NCBI GenBank assembly: GCA_963843575.1
Contig: CAWJKZ010000017.1
Coordinates: forward strand, 224,001 to 288,000
Origin: an uncultured Acidobacteriota bacterium
GTDB taxonomy: Bacteria > Acidobacteriota > UBA6911
Reading direction: 5' to 3'
DNA: 64,000 bases
The notes under the pieces were generated by a model that was not told the DNA's origin, made no database searches, and saw nothing but the letters and a program-made list of their open reading frames with translations. Position numbers and translations under genes: made by a program. Positions 51,761-60,888 of this stretch are shown here, one piece after another. The stretch's first letter is position 1. The number at the start of each line of letters is the position of its first letter.

Positions 51761-53209
51761 TTACTGCTTCAGAATCTCGAATATGTCGTGCACCGCAGGG
51801 GGCGATGCGGGACCCGCTTTCCGCGTGCCGACCTCCACCCGGTACAGCCCGGGGGGCATCTGGTCACGCTCGAGCACCCACTCGCCGTCCAACTCCCGGA
51901 ACTCCGTCTTCACTGCCGGTCCGCCCGCGAGAGGCTGGATCCGGGCACCCATTCCACCCGGGTCGTCCCCATAATTCACGAGCCGAGCCCGCATGAGCAC
52001 CGGATCCCCCGCCACATAGATATCCTCCAGGTCGAGGGCGATGGCCGCCCCCTGCTCCCTGTCCGCACTGATCTCCGGGCCGCGAATCGCCCCCAGGCCC
52101 GGGATCTGCATCTGCCTGAGCCGGTTCCGGAGCTCGTTGAGCATCTGCAGATTGTTTTGCAGGCACCCGTGCCGTTCGGGTATGTAGCTCTCCCTGTACT
52201 CCGCGGAAAGTTCGATCGGAATGGCCGAGAGGTACGGAACTGTCCCGTCGCCGTCGTCGAGCAACGGGTCGATCCCGGACGGGAGCGTGCGGCTGGTCAC
52301 GACGCGCCCATTTGCTAGGCAAGCCGATTGCAGAGTCGGCTGGCGGGTCCCTACAACCGGCACGATCCGGTATCCGGCCTTGGCGTACTCCGGATCGCCC
52401 TGATGGAGCGACACGGCCTGCTCGATCTCCCTGTGAAACTCCAGCGCGTCCTCCGCCTTCTCCCTGGCGATTCCCGGAACGCCGTCCGTTTCGGCGATTC
52501 TGTTGACGGAGCCCCCGCACTCGAGGACTTTGTAAATCGGGAGCAACTGGTAGACCGACGTGAAGGACCGCATCATGTCGGTCAGATCGAGAAATAGCTT
52601 CTTGTAGCCGTTGGCGAGGAAGTCGACGGCGTTCACGGAACCGCGATACGGGGTGCCAAAGGTCACGAGCGCCCTGCAGTCCCTCCAACCCTCCAGGACT
52701 TCCAGGTAGTAGCGTGCCACCAGCCCGCCCATGCTGTGCGCCAGAAAGATGACCTTCGCATCGGCGGCACCGCTGTGCTTGCGCCAGAGGGGGAGACGGT
52801 CCCGGATGAAGGCCTGCAGGCGCCTCGCCGAGCAACGATTGTCGCGGCGCCAGTCGTAAGGGAATTCGAAAAAATTGGCGGGATTGCCATTCTCGATACT
52901 GCCGGCGACAACCTCGAACTCACCTGCGACGAGCCTCGACATCCCGGAGTACCCGTCGATCTTCACCAGGCCGGGGACCAGGTGGGCGTCGGCCATCACC
53001 CGGACCGCCCGCACCCCATCCCCGAGGTCGTCAATCGCCGGATCGTCCCCTGAGAGTTTCAACCGCTGCAGCGCCGACCCCAAGGTGACAAGTGCGCTCC
53101 ATGCGGCCTGACCCGAGATTGCCCAGAGATCTTTCCCATCTTTCTGAAGCACGCTTCCCGTGATCCCCGGCAGCAGAATCACGAGGTCCCGCATGCGCAA
53201 TTTGGCCAT
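51761..53209 (-). CDS. LCAT/PGAP1-like alpha/beta-hydrolase (lipase/acyltransferase) with C-terminal beta domain
   Basis: ILLPGITGS, FPYDWRR, AHSMGG nucleophile, FGTPYRGS, DGDGTVP, ERHGCL. Confidence 0.9.
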   Translation of the reverse strand: MAKLRMRDLVILLPGITGSVLQKDGKDLWAISGQAAWSALVTLGSALQRLKLSGDDPAIDDLGDGVRAVRVMADAHLVPGLVKIDGYSGMSRLVAGEFEVVAGSIENGNPANFFEFPYDWRRDNRCSARRLQAFIRDRLPLWRKHSGAADAKVIFLAHSMGGLVARYYLEVLEGWRDCRALVTFGTPYRGSVNAVDFLANGYKKLFLDLTDMMRSFTSVYQLLPIYKVLECGGSVNRIAETDGVPGIAREKAEDALEFHREIEQAVSLHQGDPEYAKAGYRIVPVVGTRQPTLQSACLANGRVVTSRTLPSGIDPLLDDGDGTVPYLSAIPIELSAEYRESYIPERHGCLQNNLQMLNELRNRLRQMQIPGLGAIRGPEISADREQGAAIALDLEDIYVAGDPVLMRARLVNYGDDPGGMGARIQPLAGGPAVKTEFRELDGEWVLERDQMPPGLYRVEVGTRKAGPASPPAVHDIFEILKQ

Positions 53210-53284
53210 TGGTCCTGCCTCCTGGACGCCGATTAACGCGGAATTCCCGGGGGAATCCGTGGTTTGTCCGTTCGCGGTTTCATG

Positions 53285-54160
53285 TCAGACCAGGAGCCGG
53301 TACCCGGGATCCAGTTTCTGGTATCCGATCAGGATCTCGTGGATGTTGTAGGGGTGGGTTTCTTCACCGCTCAGCGTGTTGCCCACGACCTGAAACACGT
53401 GTTCGATCCCTTGGGCGTCGTCGATGTCCACATCCGCCATGAACTCCAGCGTCTCCGGTTTGCTGAAGAATGTGACCTGCAGGTTTCCGTAGCGCTCCAT
53501 CGTCTTGAAGCTGTCTGCCAGGCAGAATCCGGGTGGGGGAACGTGCAGGGTTCCCGGAACTTCATGGAACAGATCCGCGGCGATGCTGTTCTTGACCTCA
53601 TCGCGCAGCTCCTTTTCGACACGCGCGAAAAAACGGTCGCCTCGAATGCGAGTCAGGCTGGCCACAAAGGAAAAAGCGTCACGCCCGTTGGGAAACCGGG
53701 TCGCCTTCATCCTGGAGTAGATATTCAGAAGCCCGGCCTTGCGCAGGTCGTCCAGCGCGGAATAGAGTGCCGGCCCGGCGAGGTCCCCGGTTCCCTCGAC
53801 GACCGACCGCGCGAGAACCTGCTGCAGGTCCGCGGCGCAGGACGCGTAATCAGGAAACTCCGCCTTGATGACACGTCGGGGGTCCACGGGCAGCGTGATG
53901 GCGTAACGAACGGTCTTCCCCTCGCTGACCTGCACGAAGCGGCTCACCGGAAGGTGGCGCATCGGAAAGACGCCCACGCGGTAGCAACCGTTGGGCGGGC
54001 ATTCCAGGTCCCGGATACGCAGCCTTTTTGTTGCCTGCACATCTCTTGCCTGGGTCACGTTGCCGAGCAACGTGTGGGTCAGCGAGACATCCAGCCGGTC
54101 GTCCGGCCGCTCTCCGTTCACATCTGCGAAATCCAACAGCAAGTCGCCTTTGTTGGTCAT
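53285..54160 (-). CDS. Hypothetical protein (291 aa)
   Basis: GAGGG RBS; N-terminal beta-sandwich-like region; C-terminal LH..PPGF..DSFKT..YGNLQVTFF, DVDIDD, EH, THPYNIHE. Confidence 0.7.
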   Translation of the reverse strand: MTNKGDLLLDFADVNGERPDDRLDVSLTHTLLGNVTQARDVQATKRLRIRDLECPPNGCYRVGVFPMRHLPVSRFVQVSEGKTVRYAITLPVDPRRVIKAEFPDYASCAADLQQVLARSVVEGTGDLAGPALYSALDDLRKAGLLNIYSRMKATRFPNGRDAFSFVASLTRIRGDRFFARVEKELRDEVKNSIAADLFHEVPGTLHVPPPGFCLADSFKTMERYGNLQVTFFSKPETLEFMADVDIDDAQGIEHVFQVVGNTLSGEETHPYNIHEILIGYQKLDPGYRLLV

Positions 54161-54236
54161 CGATCCCTCTGCGATCGGCGGCACGCTTCGATCGGGAAGC
54201 ACGGCCCTGAGTCGCCGCAAACGGCCGCCGCCTTAC

Positions 54237-57200
54237 TTATGACACTCTCTCGAGCACGTAGTTCAGAACCATCGAATTCTGCCGGGGCTCAAGGTAGCCA
54301 CACAGCGCGGGCTGGAGAACTGGGTCCCGGAGCCACAGGGCCGAAGGGGCGGACACCCACCTGCCGAGCATCGTCTGGTCGTCCACGATCCGCATCTCCT
54401 CCGCTATGCCCGCCGAAGCCACGAGTCTCGCGAACTCGTCGGTCCAATAAGTCGGGCCGCCTGCAGGGCCGAGTCCAAAGCTAAACCTCGCTTCTGCGCC
54501 GTTGGCTGTGGGCAGGAATCTGACGTGGAAGGCGACCGGGTTGACCTGGTTGAGCAGGCTCACGTCCGGCCTGGTCAAAAAGAGGATGTGCCCTCTCCAC
54601 TCTCCCGCGATTTCGGTCGGTTTCGGGACGCGTGCCCGGTCGCCGGTGAATATGGCCAGGTGATCGGGGACGGACATGTTCTTGAAGGGATAGTTGTGCC
54701 GCGCCATCACGAACGTCGCAAACTCGAGACCCGTCGGAAACGTGCCCAGGTGCATGACCCCTATACAGTCGTTCTCGCCAACCGCTTTGATGACGTCGTA
54801 GACCATCCGGTACGGCGCATTCGTGTATGTCAAAAGCAGGACGTCGTCTCCTGCCTTGACGAACTTGCGGTTGTCGTCTGGGTAGCGCAACTGCTCGACG
54901 ACGGGCCTCCCGGGCAAGCACTGAAGCTCGTAATTGACGACGTAGCCTGAAAGCGACCCGCTCCGCATCCCGTCGAAGCGCTTCCAGAAACTCCCCCCGG
55001 TGTATCGCTCGGCGGGGGGGCGTTCACCCAGCGCCAGGGCGGCGGCACGCAGGCGTTCCTCCCACCCGAGCAGGGTGTCCCGCGCGAACGATCCTTTCCA
55101 GAAAGAGTCGCGCAGGATGCGGCGATTCGCGTAGTCGATCCGGACGCTCCCCCGGTTGAGCAGCGTTTCGAGCGGCCGCGTAGGGGTCTCGCGCATGATG
55201 GTCTGCAGTTCCGGCGTCGGGCGGGTGCTGAAATAGTCGGGGATCTCGGCCCCGCGCAGGACCGCCTCGCGCACTTCTTCCGCGGCAAACCCGCCCTGAG
55301 CGCTGAGGGGATCGTACTCACGCATCACGAACTGGTTGGTCAACGCCAGGAACCGGAGCAGGCCGCGCGCTTTCAGGAGGGGATTGTCCGTGCCGGTCAC
55401 CTCGAAGGAGCGCAGAAAGGCCGCGAAGCTGCCTGCCGCCTCGATGTCTTCGAAGGTCCGGAACCTGAGCAGCCCGGAGCCCAGGCCGGCGCCGGATGCC
55501 GTGTCGGAAAGCCGGCAGTAGAGCGTGGTGTAGTCCCGCAGGATTTCGCGAATCCCGGCAATGCCGCCGCGCTTGTTCTTCTGCATGTACTTGCGTCCGT
55601 GCAGCAGGTATTCCGTGCGTGCGGGATCGCGGAAATAGACGTGATAGAGCATTTCCGCTTCGCCGGTCGCCGGGTTGATGCGCAAGTAGTTGAAGTAGCT
55701 TTTGTCCGCATTGATCTCGAAGGTTGCGGGGCCCTGTCCTCCGAAGTCGCCGAAGTGGATTGTCCCCCGCATGCGCGCTTCGTGTTCGGGGCTTTCGAAA
55801 AATTCGTTCAGGTCGCGCACCGTCATCCGGACCTGGAAACTGCAGGGCAGCTTCTGCTCCGGCCCCGAGACCCTGGCTTCGATTGCCCCATCCCCTTCGA
55901 ATCCCGGCGGAGGCAGAAACCCGGGGAAGTAGTGGCCGGTCATTTCCTCGTCGAACGTCATGCCCAGCCCATCCGGGAGCCGGACATCGAGGAGTGGGGC
56001 CAGGAAGGGGGAGGGCGGCGGTTTGTCGGGGCCGCTCCTGCGCAGCGTGTAGTAGAAGGAAAACTGCGGCGCTCCGCCGGCGCCGGACTCGAGCTGGAAG
56101 AGGCCGATGGAGCTCGGTCCAAACAGCTGCGCGAGTCCCGGGGGAGACGCCGTGGTGTACTTTCCGACCATGAGATCCGGACCGATCGCGCGGATCTCGT
56201 CGTGGAAGGGGGTAAAGTCGTTGAGTTGGAAGTGGTCGTGCGCGAACACGGGTTCGGCCATGCCCTCGAGCAACCCGAGCAGCTGGTATCGCGTTTCGAG
56301 GCGGCCGTCTGGTTTCAGCTCGAAATTCAGGTACGCCACGACGCCGGTGTTCGCCGCGTTGGAAACCATGCGCATCTCCCACAGGCCGGCGAGCTGCTCT
56401 TTGGCCGGGGCCGGCGCGCTCTCGTAGAGACGGCGGTGATCTGCCACCGTCGCCTCGTCGAGGCCGTAAACCCGTGTCATGGGGAAGGTGAAGAGCCGGA
56501 GACCGTTCGGGAATTCGCCCAGGTACACCCTGCCGATCAGCAGTTCCTCGTTGACGATCTTGAACACATCGTAGAAACCGCGCCAGGGATCGTCAGGATA
56601 GCGCAGCAGGATGTACTTGCCCGGTTCCAGGGTGGCGGTCCTGGTGGTGATGTGGATCTCCTCGAGCGTGTTCCTGGCGCGAATGCGGCCGTCCGAATCG
56701 GATGTCTCGCCCGTGATGCCCCCGGCAGTGCGCGTAAACCGCTTTTTAAACCCGGCGAAGAATGCCGTCGAGAACTGGTTCAGGATGTGGCGTCGCGGGA
56801 AGAAACCCTTCCAGCACGTGTCATTCCTGATAATGCCCCGATCGCCATCGATGCCCACTTCGCCGCCGTTGACGATGGTCGCGACACCCAGGCTCTCGAC
56901 GCGGCTGAAGATACGCTCCAGGTCCGCTTCCTTGTAGTTGAGCACCTCCAGCGGATCGAGCCCGGGCACGGTGATCCGGGCAGGGCGCTCCGGATAAGCT
57001 TCCCCCCCGACCGAACGGACGAGCCTGTCGGCGATCCGCTCGGAGAGGGCCGAGATCGTGAGGAACGGGTTCACCCCCAGTGCCGAGGGGATAAGTGAAC
57101 CGTCGGCAACGAACAGCCCCGGGTGGATGCTGCCGTCGCCGGCGAACACCCTCCCGAACTCGTCGGCCGCCCCCTGCATGTAGTCCTCGCCGAGGGGGCA

Positions 57201-58703
57201 GCCGCCGAGCGGGTGGGCAGTGATCAGGTTGCGCACCGTGACAAAGTTCCACAACGGGTTCGTCATGAAGCTGCCGCCGAGGGCGCGCGCGTGGCGCCGG
57301 ATTTCCTCGTTGATGAGGGTGAAGACCGGCTGGCGCCCGACATTGTCCCAATCGACGGCCACGTGCTCGTCCTGTTCGAGAAAACTCCTTTTCAGGTGAA
57401 GCATCCCCTTGGCGTCGTCGCGCCCCATGATCAGGTAGAGCATGGTGTGGTTGAGCGCGTTGTGTTCCTGGTAGACATCGAAGACGTTGTCGCGCCGGCG
57501 CCGTTCGAACTCCTCTTTTTCGTCTCCCACGTCCATGTCCTCGGCGCCTCCGAGCGCGGCCACGGAGCCGAAGGCGAGCATCGCCGATCCCACGTAGGCG
57601 CCTGGGAACGAGAAGTCCTCGACGGCGATACGCTGTTCCAGCGGCAGGCTGGAATCGTACTTGACGCACCCGACGATGCTTGGCCCCGGTGCATTGCCCT
57701 GCTTGCGCCACGGGTGCATGGGGTCGGCGCCGAACCCGAGCGTGTTGACCTGCTGATCCGCGTTGTAGGCCAGGGCGAAGAAATCGCCGTTCCCCGTGAA
57801 CTGGGTGCCGAGTTTCGGCGAAAGCGACAAGCCGTGCGCTTCGGATTTCAGCAGGATCTCAACCGTACCCAGCGAGCCTGCAGCCAGGATCACGTTGGCG
57901 GTCTCGAGACTGAATTTCTCGGTGGACGCCGGTTGGAGGAAGCGCGTGCCATGAATCCGCCAGCCTCCGCCCGGCAGACGCTCGACCCGGTCAACCTGCA
58001 TCCGCGTAAATATGTCGGTGCCGTTTCGGTGCGCCACGGGCAGGTAGTTCATATAGAGAGTGTTTTTCGCACCCGTGTTGCACCCTGTGACGCAGTCGCC
58101 GCAGTCTATGCAGGGAGTCTGGTTCCGGCCGTGCGGATTCACCCCGTCTATGTCGAAATTGACCGTGAGATCCAGGCCGAAGGCGCGCCTGCCGATTTCG
58201 CGGGCGCGCTTGTCGAGGGCTTTGACCTTCAACAGGCAGTCCTGCTGGTCCGGATTCGAGCGCGGGTGGGGACGCGCGGCGAGCATTTGCCTCGCCTTGT
58301 CATAGTGCGGGAGCAGTTCCTGCAGCGTGATATTGCGCGGCCAGGCGACCTGGTCAAAAATGTCCGCATCGGGCACGATCGCCACGTTCGCGTTGATCAG
58401 CGACGTGCCGCCCAGACCGGACCCCTTCAGTACGGATATGTCGGGGAACACCAGGAAATCGTAGAGCCCCAGCGGATTGAGAAGCGGATTGCGGACGGCG
58501 GAGAGGATCTCGTTCAGCCGGTCCGGGAATTCGCCCGAGACCCACTCCCTTCCGCGTTCGAGCAGGCAAACGGAGGGCTTGGGAGACGCGTTGGATATCC
58601 GGGCAGCCGTGATCGCGCCACCATATCCAGACCCGATCACCGCAAAATCGTATTTCTGACGCCTCCGGCTCCAGTCCTTTGACAGGCGTTCGTCTGCGGG
58701 CAT
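54237..58703 (-). CDS. Cholesterol-oxidase-like GMC oxidoreductase with ~900-aa C-terminal extension
   Basis: VIGSGYGG, LLERGRE, GSGLGGTSLINANV, CIDCGDCVTGC, AAGSLGT, AHPLGGC, ADGSLIPSALGVNPFLTI. Confidence 0.88.
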   Translation of the reverse strand: MPADERLSKDWSRRRQKYDFAVIGSGYGGAITAARISNASPKPSVCLLERGREWVSGEFPDRLNEILSAVRNPLLNPLGLYDFLVFPDISVLKGSGLGGTSLINANVAIVPDADIFDQVAWPRNITLQELLPHYDKARQMLAARPHPRSNPDQQDCLLKVKALDKRAREIGRRAFGLDLTVNFDIDGVNPHGRNQTPCIDCGDCVTGCNTGAKNTLYMNYLPVAHRNGTDIFTRMQVDRVERLPGGGWRIHGTRFLQPASTEKFSLETANVILAAGSLGTVEILLKSEAHGLSLSPKLGTQFTGNGDFFALAYNADQQVNTLGFGADPMHPWRKQGNAPGPSIVGCVKYDSSLPLEQRIAVEDFSFPGAYVGSAMLAFGSVAALGGAEDMDVGDEKEEFERRRRDNVFDVYQEHNALNHTMLYLIMGRDDAKGMLHLKRSFLEQDEHVAVDWDNVGRQPVFTLINEEIRRHARALGGSFMTNPLWNFVTVRNLITAHPLGGCPLGEDYMQGAADEFGRVFAGDGSIHPGLFVADGSLIPSALGVNPFLTISALSERIADRLVRSVGGEAYPERPARITVPGLDPLEVLNYKEADLERIFSRVESLGVATIVNGGEVGIDGDRGIIRNDTCWKGFFPRRHILNQFSTAFFAGFKKRFTRTAGGITGETSDSDGRIRARNTLEEIHITTRTATLEPGKYILLRYPDDPWRGFYDVFKIVNEELLIGRVYLGEFPNGLRLFTFPMTRVYGLDEATVADHRRLYESAPAPAKEQLAGLWEMRMVSNAANTGVVAYLNFELKPDGRLETRYQLLGLLEGMAEPVFAHDHFQLNDFTPFHDEIRAIGPDLMVGKYTTASPPGLAQLFGPSSIGLFQLESGAGGAPQFSFYYTLRRSGPDKPPPSPFLAPLLDVRLPDGLGMTFDEEMTGHYFPGFLPPPGFEGDGAIEARVSGPEQKLPCSFQVRMTVRDLNEFFESPEHEARMRGTIHFGDFGGQGPATFEINADKSYFNYLRINPATGEAEMLYHVYFRDPARTEYLLHGRKYMQKNKRGGIAGIREILRDYTTLYCRLSDTASGAGLGSGLLRFRTFEDIEAAGSFAAFLRSFEVTGTDNPLLKARGLLRFLALTNQFVMREYDPLSAQGGFAAEEVREAVLRGAEIPDYFSTRPTPELQTIMRETPTRPLETLLNRGSVRIDYANRRILRDSFWKGSFARDTLLGWEERLRAAALALGERPPAERYTGGSFWKRFDGMRSGSLSGYVVNYELQCLPGRPVVEQLRYPDDNRKFVKAGDDVLLLTYTNAPYRMVYDVIKAVGENDCIGVMHLGTFPTGLEFATFVMARHNYPFKNMSVPDHLAIFTGDRARVPKPTEIAGEWRGHILFLTRPDVSLLNQVNPVAFHVRFLPTANGAEARFSFGLGPAGGPTYWTDEFARLVASAGIAEEMRIVDDQTMLGRWVSAPSALWLRDPVLQPALCGYLEPRQNSMVLNYVLERVS

Positions 58704-58781
58704 GGCAAAGCTCTCCCGAAATGAGCGCTAGAAATTGAGGTTCAAGCCAGTTCCCCGAGTAACTGAACGTACTTGTTACAG

Positions 58782-58811
58782 AATGTGATACCGTGCGCAG
58801 CGGCTTGTCAA
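58782..58811 (-). promoter_or_regulatory. Possible sigma70 promoter for the GMC-lipase-STAND arm
   Basis: TTGACA-18 nt-CACATT on the minus strand in the divergent intergenic region. Confidence 0.4.
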
Positions 58812-58991
58812 GCCCGATTGCAGGCTGGAATACGATGCCGTTTTTTCGGACGCGGATGGACGCAGGTCCGCGCAGATAGAAAACAAAGGCATTAGTGCCA
58901 GGCCGGTGTTCATCTACGTCCCGCTGTTTATATTCCGACAATTCTGTGTTACTTCTAGGCCATTCGATTGTCCTCACCAGGAGTGCACGAC

Positions 58992-60881
58992 ATGGCACAG
59001 CCGCACGCACGTCGCAGCGCAGTTTCCCCGCCGGCGTACCGGCGGCTGCGAACCTATGCTTTCGATCCCAGCCTCGTCAAACTCGAGACGGCAGGGCTCA
59101 ACCTGGCGACCCTCAAGGTCCGGTGGGAGAGGGACGCAAAAACCAGGGCCGAACTGCTGCAGCCGGGGCCGGTAGGCGAATACGTGGAGGTCGTGGACTA
59201 CGACCCGGCGAGCGAATGTTTCTACCTGCCCGTCGATCTGAACGATTTCCGCCTCGTAGCGCAGGACGGCCTGGACCCGTCGGAAGGCAACCCTCAGTTT
59301 CACCAGCAGATGGTTTATGCCGTCTCGATGAGCACGATCCAGAATTTCGAGAGGGCGCTGGGCCGCGTTGCCCTGTGGTCGGCGCGCGATCCGGGTGGGA
59401 ACGCGCGGGGGCGGTATGTCCAGCGCCTGCGCGTATACCCGCACGCGATGCGCGATGCCAACGCGTACTACAGCCCGGCCCGGAAAGCGCTTCTGTTTGG
59501 GTATTTCCCGGCCTCGCTCGAAAACCCGGGGAGCAATCTGCCCGGCGGGACGGTTTTCACGTGCCTTTCCCACGACATCGTCGCGCACGAGACGACGCAC
59601 GCGCTGCTGGATGGCCTGCACCCGTGGTTTGCGGAGCCCAGCAATCCCGACGTGCTCGCATTCCACGAGGCGTTCGCGGACCTGGTTGCGCTGCTGCAGC
59701 ACTTCACCCACCCGGAAGTGCTGCAGCACCAGATCGCCAGGACCCGGGGCGACCTTGCCAGGCAGAACCTCCTGGGCCAGCTGGCGCAGCAGTTCGGTCA
59801 GGCCATAGGTCGCTACGGTGCGTTGCGCGATGCCCTCGGGAGGGTGAATGCCGAAACGCATGCCTGGGAGGTCCTCCAGCCCGATCCGGCCGACTACGCG
59901 GCGGCGGCGGAGCCGCACGACCGCGGCGCAATACTGGTGGCTGCCGTCTTCGATGGTTTCCTCTCCATCTATAAGGCGCGCATAGCGGATCTGATCCGCA
60001 TCGCGACCGGCGGCAGCGGCGTGCTGGCCGAGGGGGAACTGAACGCGGACCTGGTCCGCCGGCTTGCCGAGGAGGCCGCCAAATCGGCGCAGCATGTCCT
60101 GACCATGTGCATCCGGGCGCTCGATTACTGCCCGCCCGTCGATATTACCTTCGGCGAATACCTGCGGGCCCTCATCACGGCGGATGCGGACCTCGTGCCG
60201 GACGATGACCGGGGATATCGCCTCGCCGTGATCGAAGCGTTCCGCAGGAGGGGCATCTATCCCGGCGGCGTGCGCAACCTCGCCGAAGACAGCTTGCGCT
60301 GGCATGAGCCGCTGCTGCCCGATTTCCCCGGATTCGCCGGCACGAAGCGCACTCTCGAGCTGGAATGGGACCAGAAGACCGATCGATTCGCCGTCTGGCA
60401 GGCGATGCAGGCCAACCGCAACGTGATCAAGGATTGGCTCGCTTCGGGAGTTCTAACCTGCGACTACGCCGAACAGTTGGGCCTGGCGCTCGGCCGCGAT
60501 GCCCCGGCCACCATCCCACGCGACAGGAGCGGCGCCCCCTGCCTCGAGGTTTCCTCCGTGCGTCCGGTCCGGCGCGTCGGACCGGACGGCCAGCTCATGG
60601 TCGACCTGGTTGTCGAGCTGACGCAGAAGCGTGTCGAGTTGCTCGACGAGCGGAACAGGAACTCCGGCACCTTCACGTTCCGCGGCGGCTGCTCGCTGGT
60701 GGTGGACCTGGAAGCGTACAAGGTGCGATGCGCGGTCGCCAAGAATATCCTGAGCGAGCACAGGCTGCGGCGGCAGAGGGATTTCACGGCCGATTCGTCG
60801 CAGCAGTCGCTTCACGCGACCTACTTCGGCGCCGAGCGCGCGGGGGCCGAACCGTTCCTGCGCCTTCACCGCGGTTTGTAG
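58992..60881 (+). CDS. Cytoplasmic M4/M36-like zinc metallopeptidase (gluzincin)
   Basis: ANAYYS, DIVAHETTH (HExxH), FHEAFAD third ligand, EPHDRG; AGGAG RBS; no signal peptide or FTP/PepSY propeptide evident. Confidence 0.85.
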   Translation: MAQPHARRSAVSPPAYRRLRTYAFDPSLVKLETAGLNLATLKVRWERDAKTRAELLQPGPVGEYVEVVDYDPASECFYLPVDLNDFRLVAQDGLDPSEGNPQFHQQMVYAVSMSTIQNFERALGRVALWSARDPGGNARGRYVQRLRVYPHAMRDANAYYSPARKALLFGYFPASLENPGSNLPGGTVFTCLSHDIVAHETTHALLDGLHPWFAEPSNPDVLAFHEAFADLVALLQHFTHPEVLQHQIARTRGDLARQNLLGQLAQQFGQAIGRYGALRDALGRVNAETHAWEVLQPDPADYAAAAEPHDRGAILVAAVFDGFLSIYKARIADLIRIATGGSGVLAEGELNADLVRRLAEEAAKSAQHVLTMCIRALDYCPPVDITFGEYLRALITADADLVPDDDRGYRLAVIEAFRRRGIYPGGVRNLAEDSLRWHEPLLPDFPGFAGTKRTLELEWDQKTDRFAVWQAMQANRNVIKDWLASGVLTCDYAEQLGLALGRDAPATIPRDRSGAPCLEVSSVRPVRRVGPDGQLMVDLVVELTQKRVELLDERNRNSGTFTFRGGCSLVVDLEAYKVRCAVAKNILSEHRLRRQRDFTADSSQQSLHATYFGAERAGAEPFLRLHRGL

Positions 60882-60888
60882 GAGAGTT

